64,000 nt of DNA from Paraspadella gotoi (Eukaryota; Animalia; Chaetognatha), in the NCBI GenBank assembly GCA_051294375.1, contig CM119268.1:20534750-20598749 (forward strand), read 5' to 3'. Below the pieces are notes generated by a model. That model was not told the DNA's origin and made no database searches. It saw only the letters and a program-made list of their open reading frames with translations. Positions 62,794 through 64,000 of this stretch are shown piece after piece (the first letter of the stretch is position 1; every line of letters starts with the position of its first letter). Both the position numbers and the translations under genes were made by a program.

Positions 62794-63764
62794 TCTCTCT
62801 CTCTTCTCTCTCTCTCTCTCTCTCTCTGCTTCTCTCTCTCTCTCTCCTCTCCTCTCCTCATCTCCTCTCTGCTGTTGCCATGGACACCGGAACCTTGACA
62901 AAGTATATGTCTGCGTTCTTCGCCATTATTTTTGAAGATGCGTCCACCAATCGCCGTTGCCGTCAAAATTTTTATCTTTAATATCGATTAAAAGTAATTC
63001 AATTTTGATAAATGCTTAAATCTAATAATCAAACAAATTAATGAATATATAAAACGTAATAATTAATTATCGCCAACTAGTTTAAAAAATTAATTGTAAG
63101 GAAAATGAGGTTAATTTCGACGCATCGAGTGAAATTCCGTTTTTAGACTCGCGACGATCTACATTCGGAGTGATTTAAGATCACCTGCGCGCACCTCCTC
63201 CTCCTCTTCCCCCTCCTCCCCCTCCTCCTCCTCTTCCTCCTCCTCCCCATCATCCTCCTCTTCGTCCTCCTCTTCCTCCTCCATGGCAAAGCAAAGGAGG
63301 ATTGAACCCAAAGCCTCGTTTTATATGATATTTTTAAATCGCCATATAAAGTCAATTCGTATCAAATTCTGTTTTTAAACATTTTCCACGTATGTTAGTT
63401 TAAATTTTTTTCATTCGCTTCACAGATGAAAAGAAGATAGAAGACAAACTGAAGTCGGAAACGATTTTTCAATATTAGTTGTTTGCTTATAATAAATATT
63501 ATAAAATCCTTATTATCTTCGTTACATTCAGTCATTACAATTAGGCCCAGAAGAAGTCGCTCTTTTTCCGAGTCTCTGTCTCACGCCTCAATTTTCCATC
63601 CAATGTCTTCCTTTGCTTTTCCAGTTTTTTTTCCACTAATTTTTCTCCTCTTTGTCGTCGTCGTCATCGTCATCGTCGTCATCGTCGTCTGGACATTAAA
63701 ATCAAAGATGGCGTCGACTTAAATCAAGAAGTCTCAAGATGTCTCAAGAAGTCGCCATTGAATC

Positions 63765-63803
<39 letters not shown>

Positions 63804-64000
63804 TGTAAGGATAAGGGAAAAACTTGTAATCCGTATGTAAAATTTTCAGTGACGTTTTCCCCTGCGTCCTTGTCAATGTCAACCAAGCTTTGCTTGCGTA
63901 TGTGCTGCATTTCTTCTTCCCATCGACCAATCAGCCCCAAATGACATTTCAATTAATTCTGTATTTATCTTTCTTAGTTTTCCACTTCTATACCGCCCCC

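Overview
Eukaryotic, AT-rich, extremely microsatellite-dense non-coding DNA. The repeat types suggest an invertebrate, but the species cannot be determined. No intact host protein-coding gene, rRNA, tRNA or CRISPR array is supported, and nearly all listed ORFs are translations of (GA)n, (GAC/GAT)n or minisatellites. About 17 kb is near-duplicated: a ~6.9 kb direct tandem pair (3.6-17.4 kb), a ~5.9 kb fold-back (23.5-29.4 kb) and a ~6-7 kb inverted pair (32.8-39.8 vs 46.0-51.8 kb). Each has an indel-noisy copy ending at an exactly 25-N gap, so these are most likely long-read gap-filling artefacts. Supported elements are an internally deleted Tc1-like transposon (TA TSD, TIRs, D35E spacing), several Helentron-associated (HINE/DINE-1-like) elements, a tRNA-derived SINE, a degenerate Penelope-like GIY-YIG remnant and a ~5.7 kb element with ~1.3 kb inverted arms. 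The most notable signals are three related minimal hammerhead-ribozyme-like motifs of the Penelope type and several GC-rich motif clusters, including a kB/STAT/ETS/TATA promoter-like island at 19.5-20.0 kb. Everything was read by eye; no alignments, folds or database searches were run.
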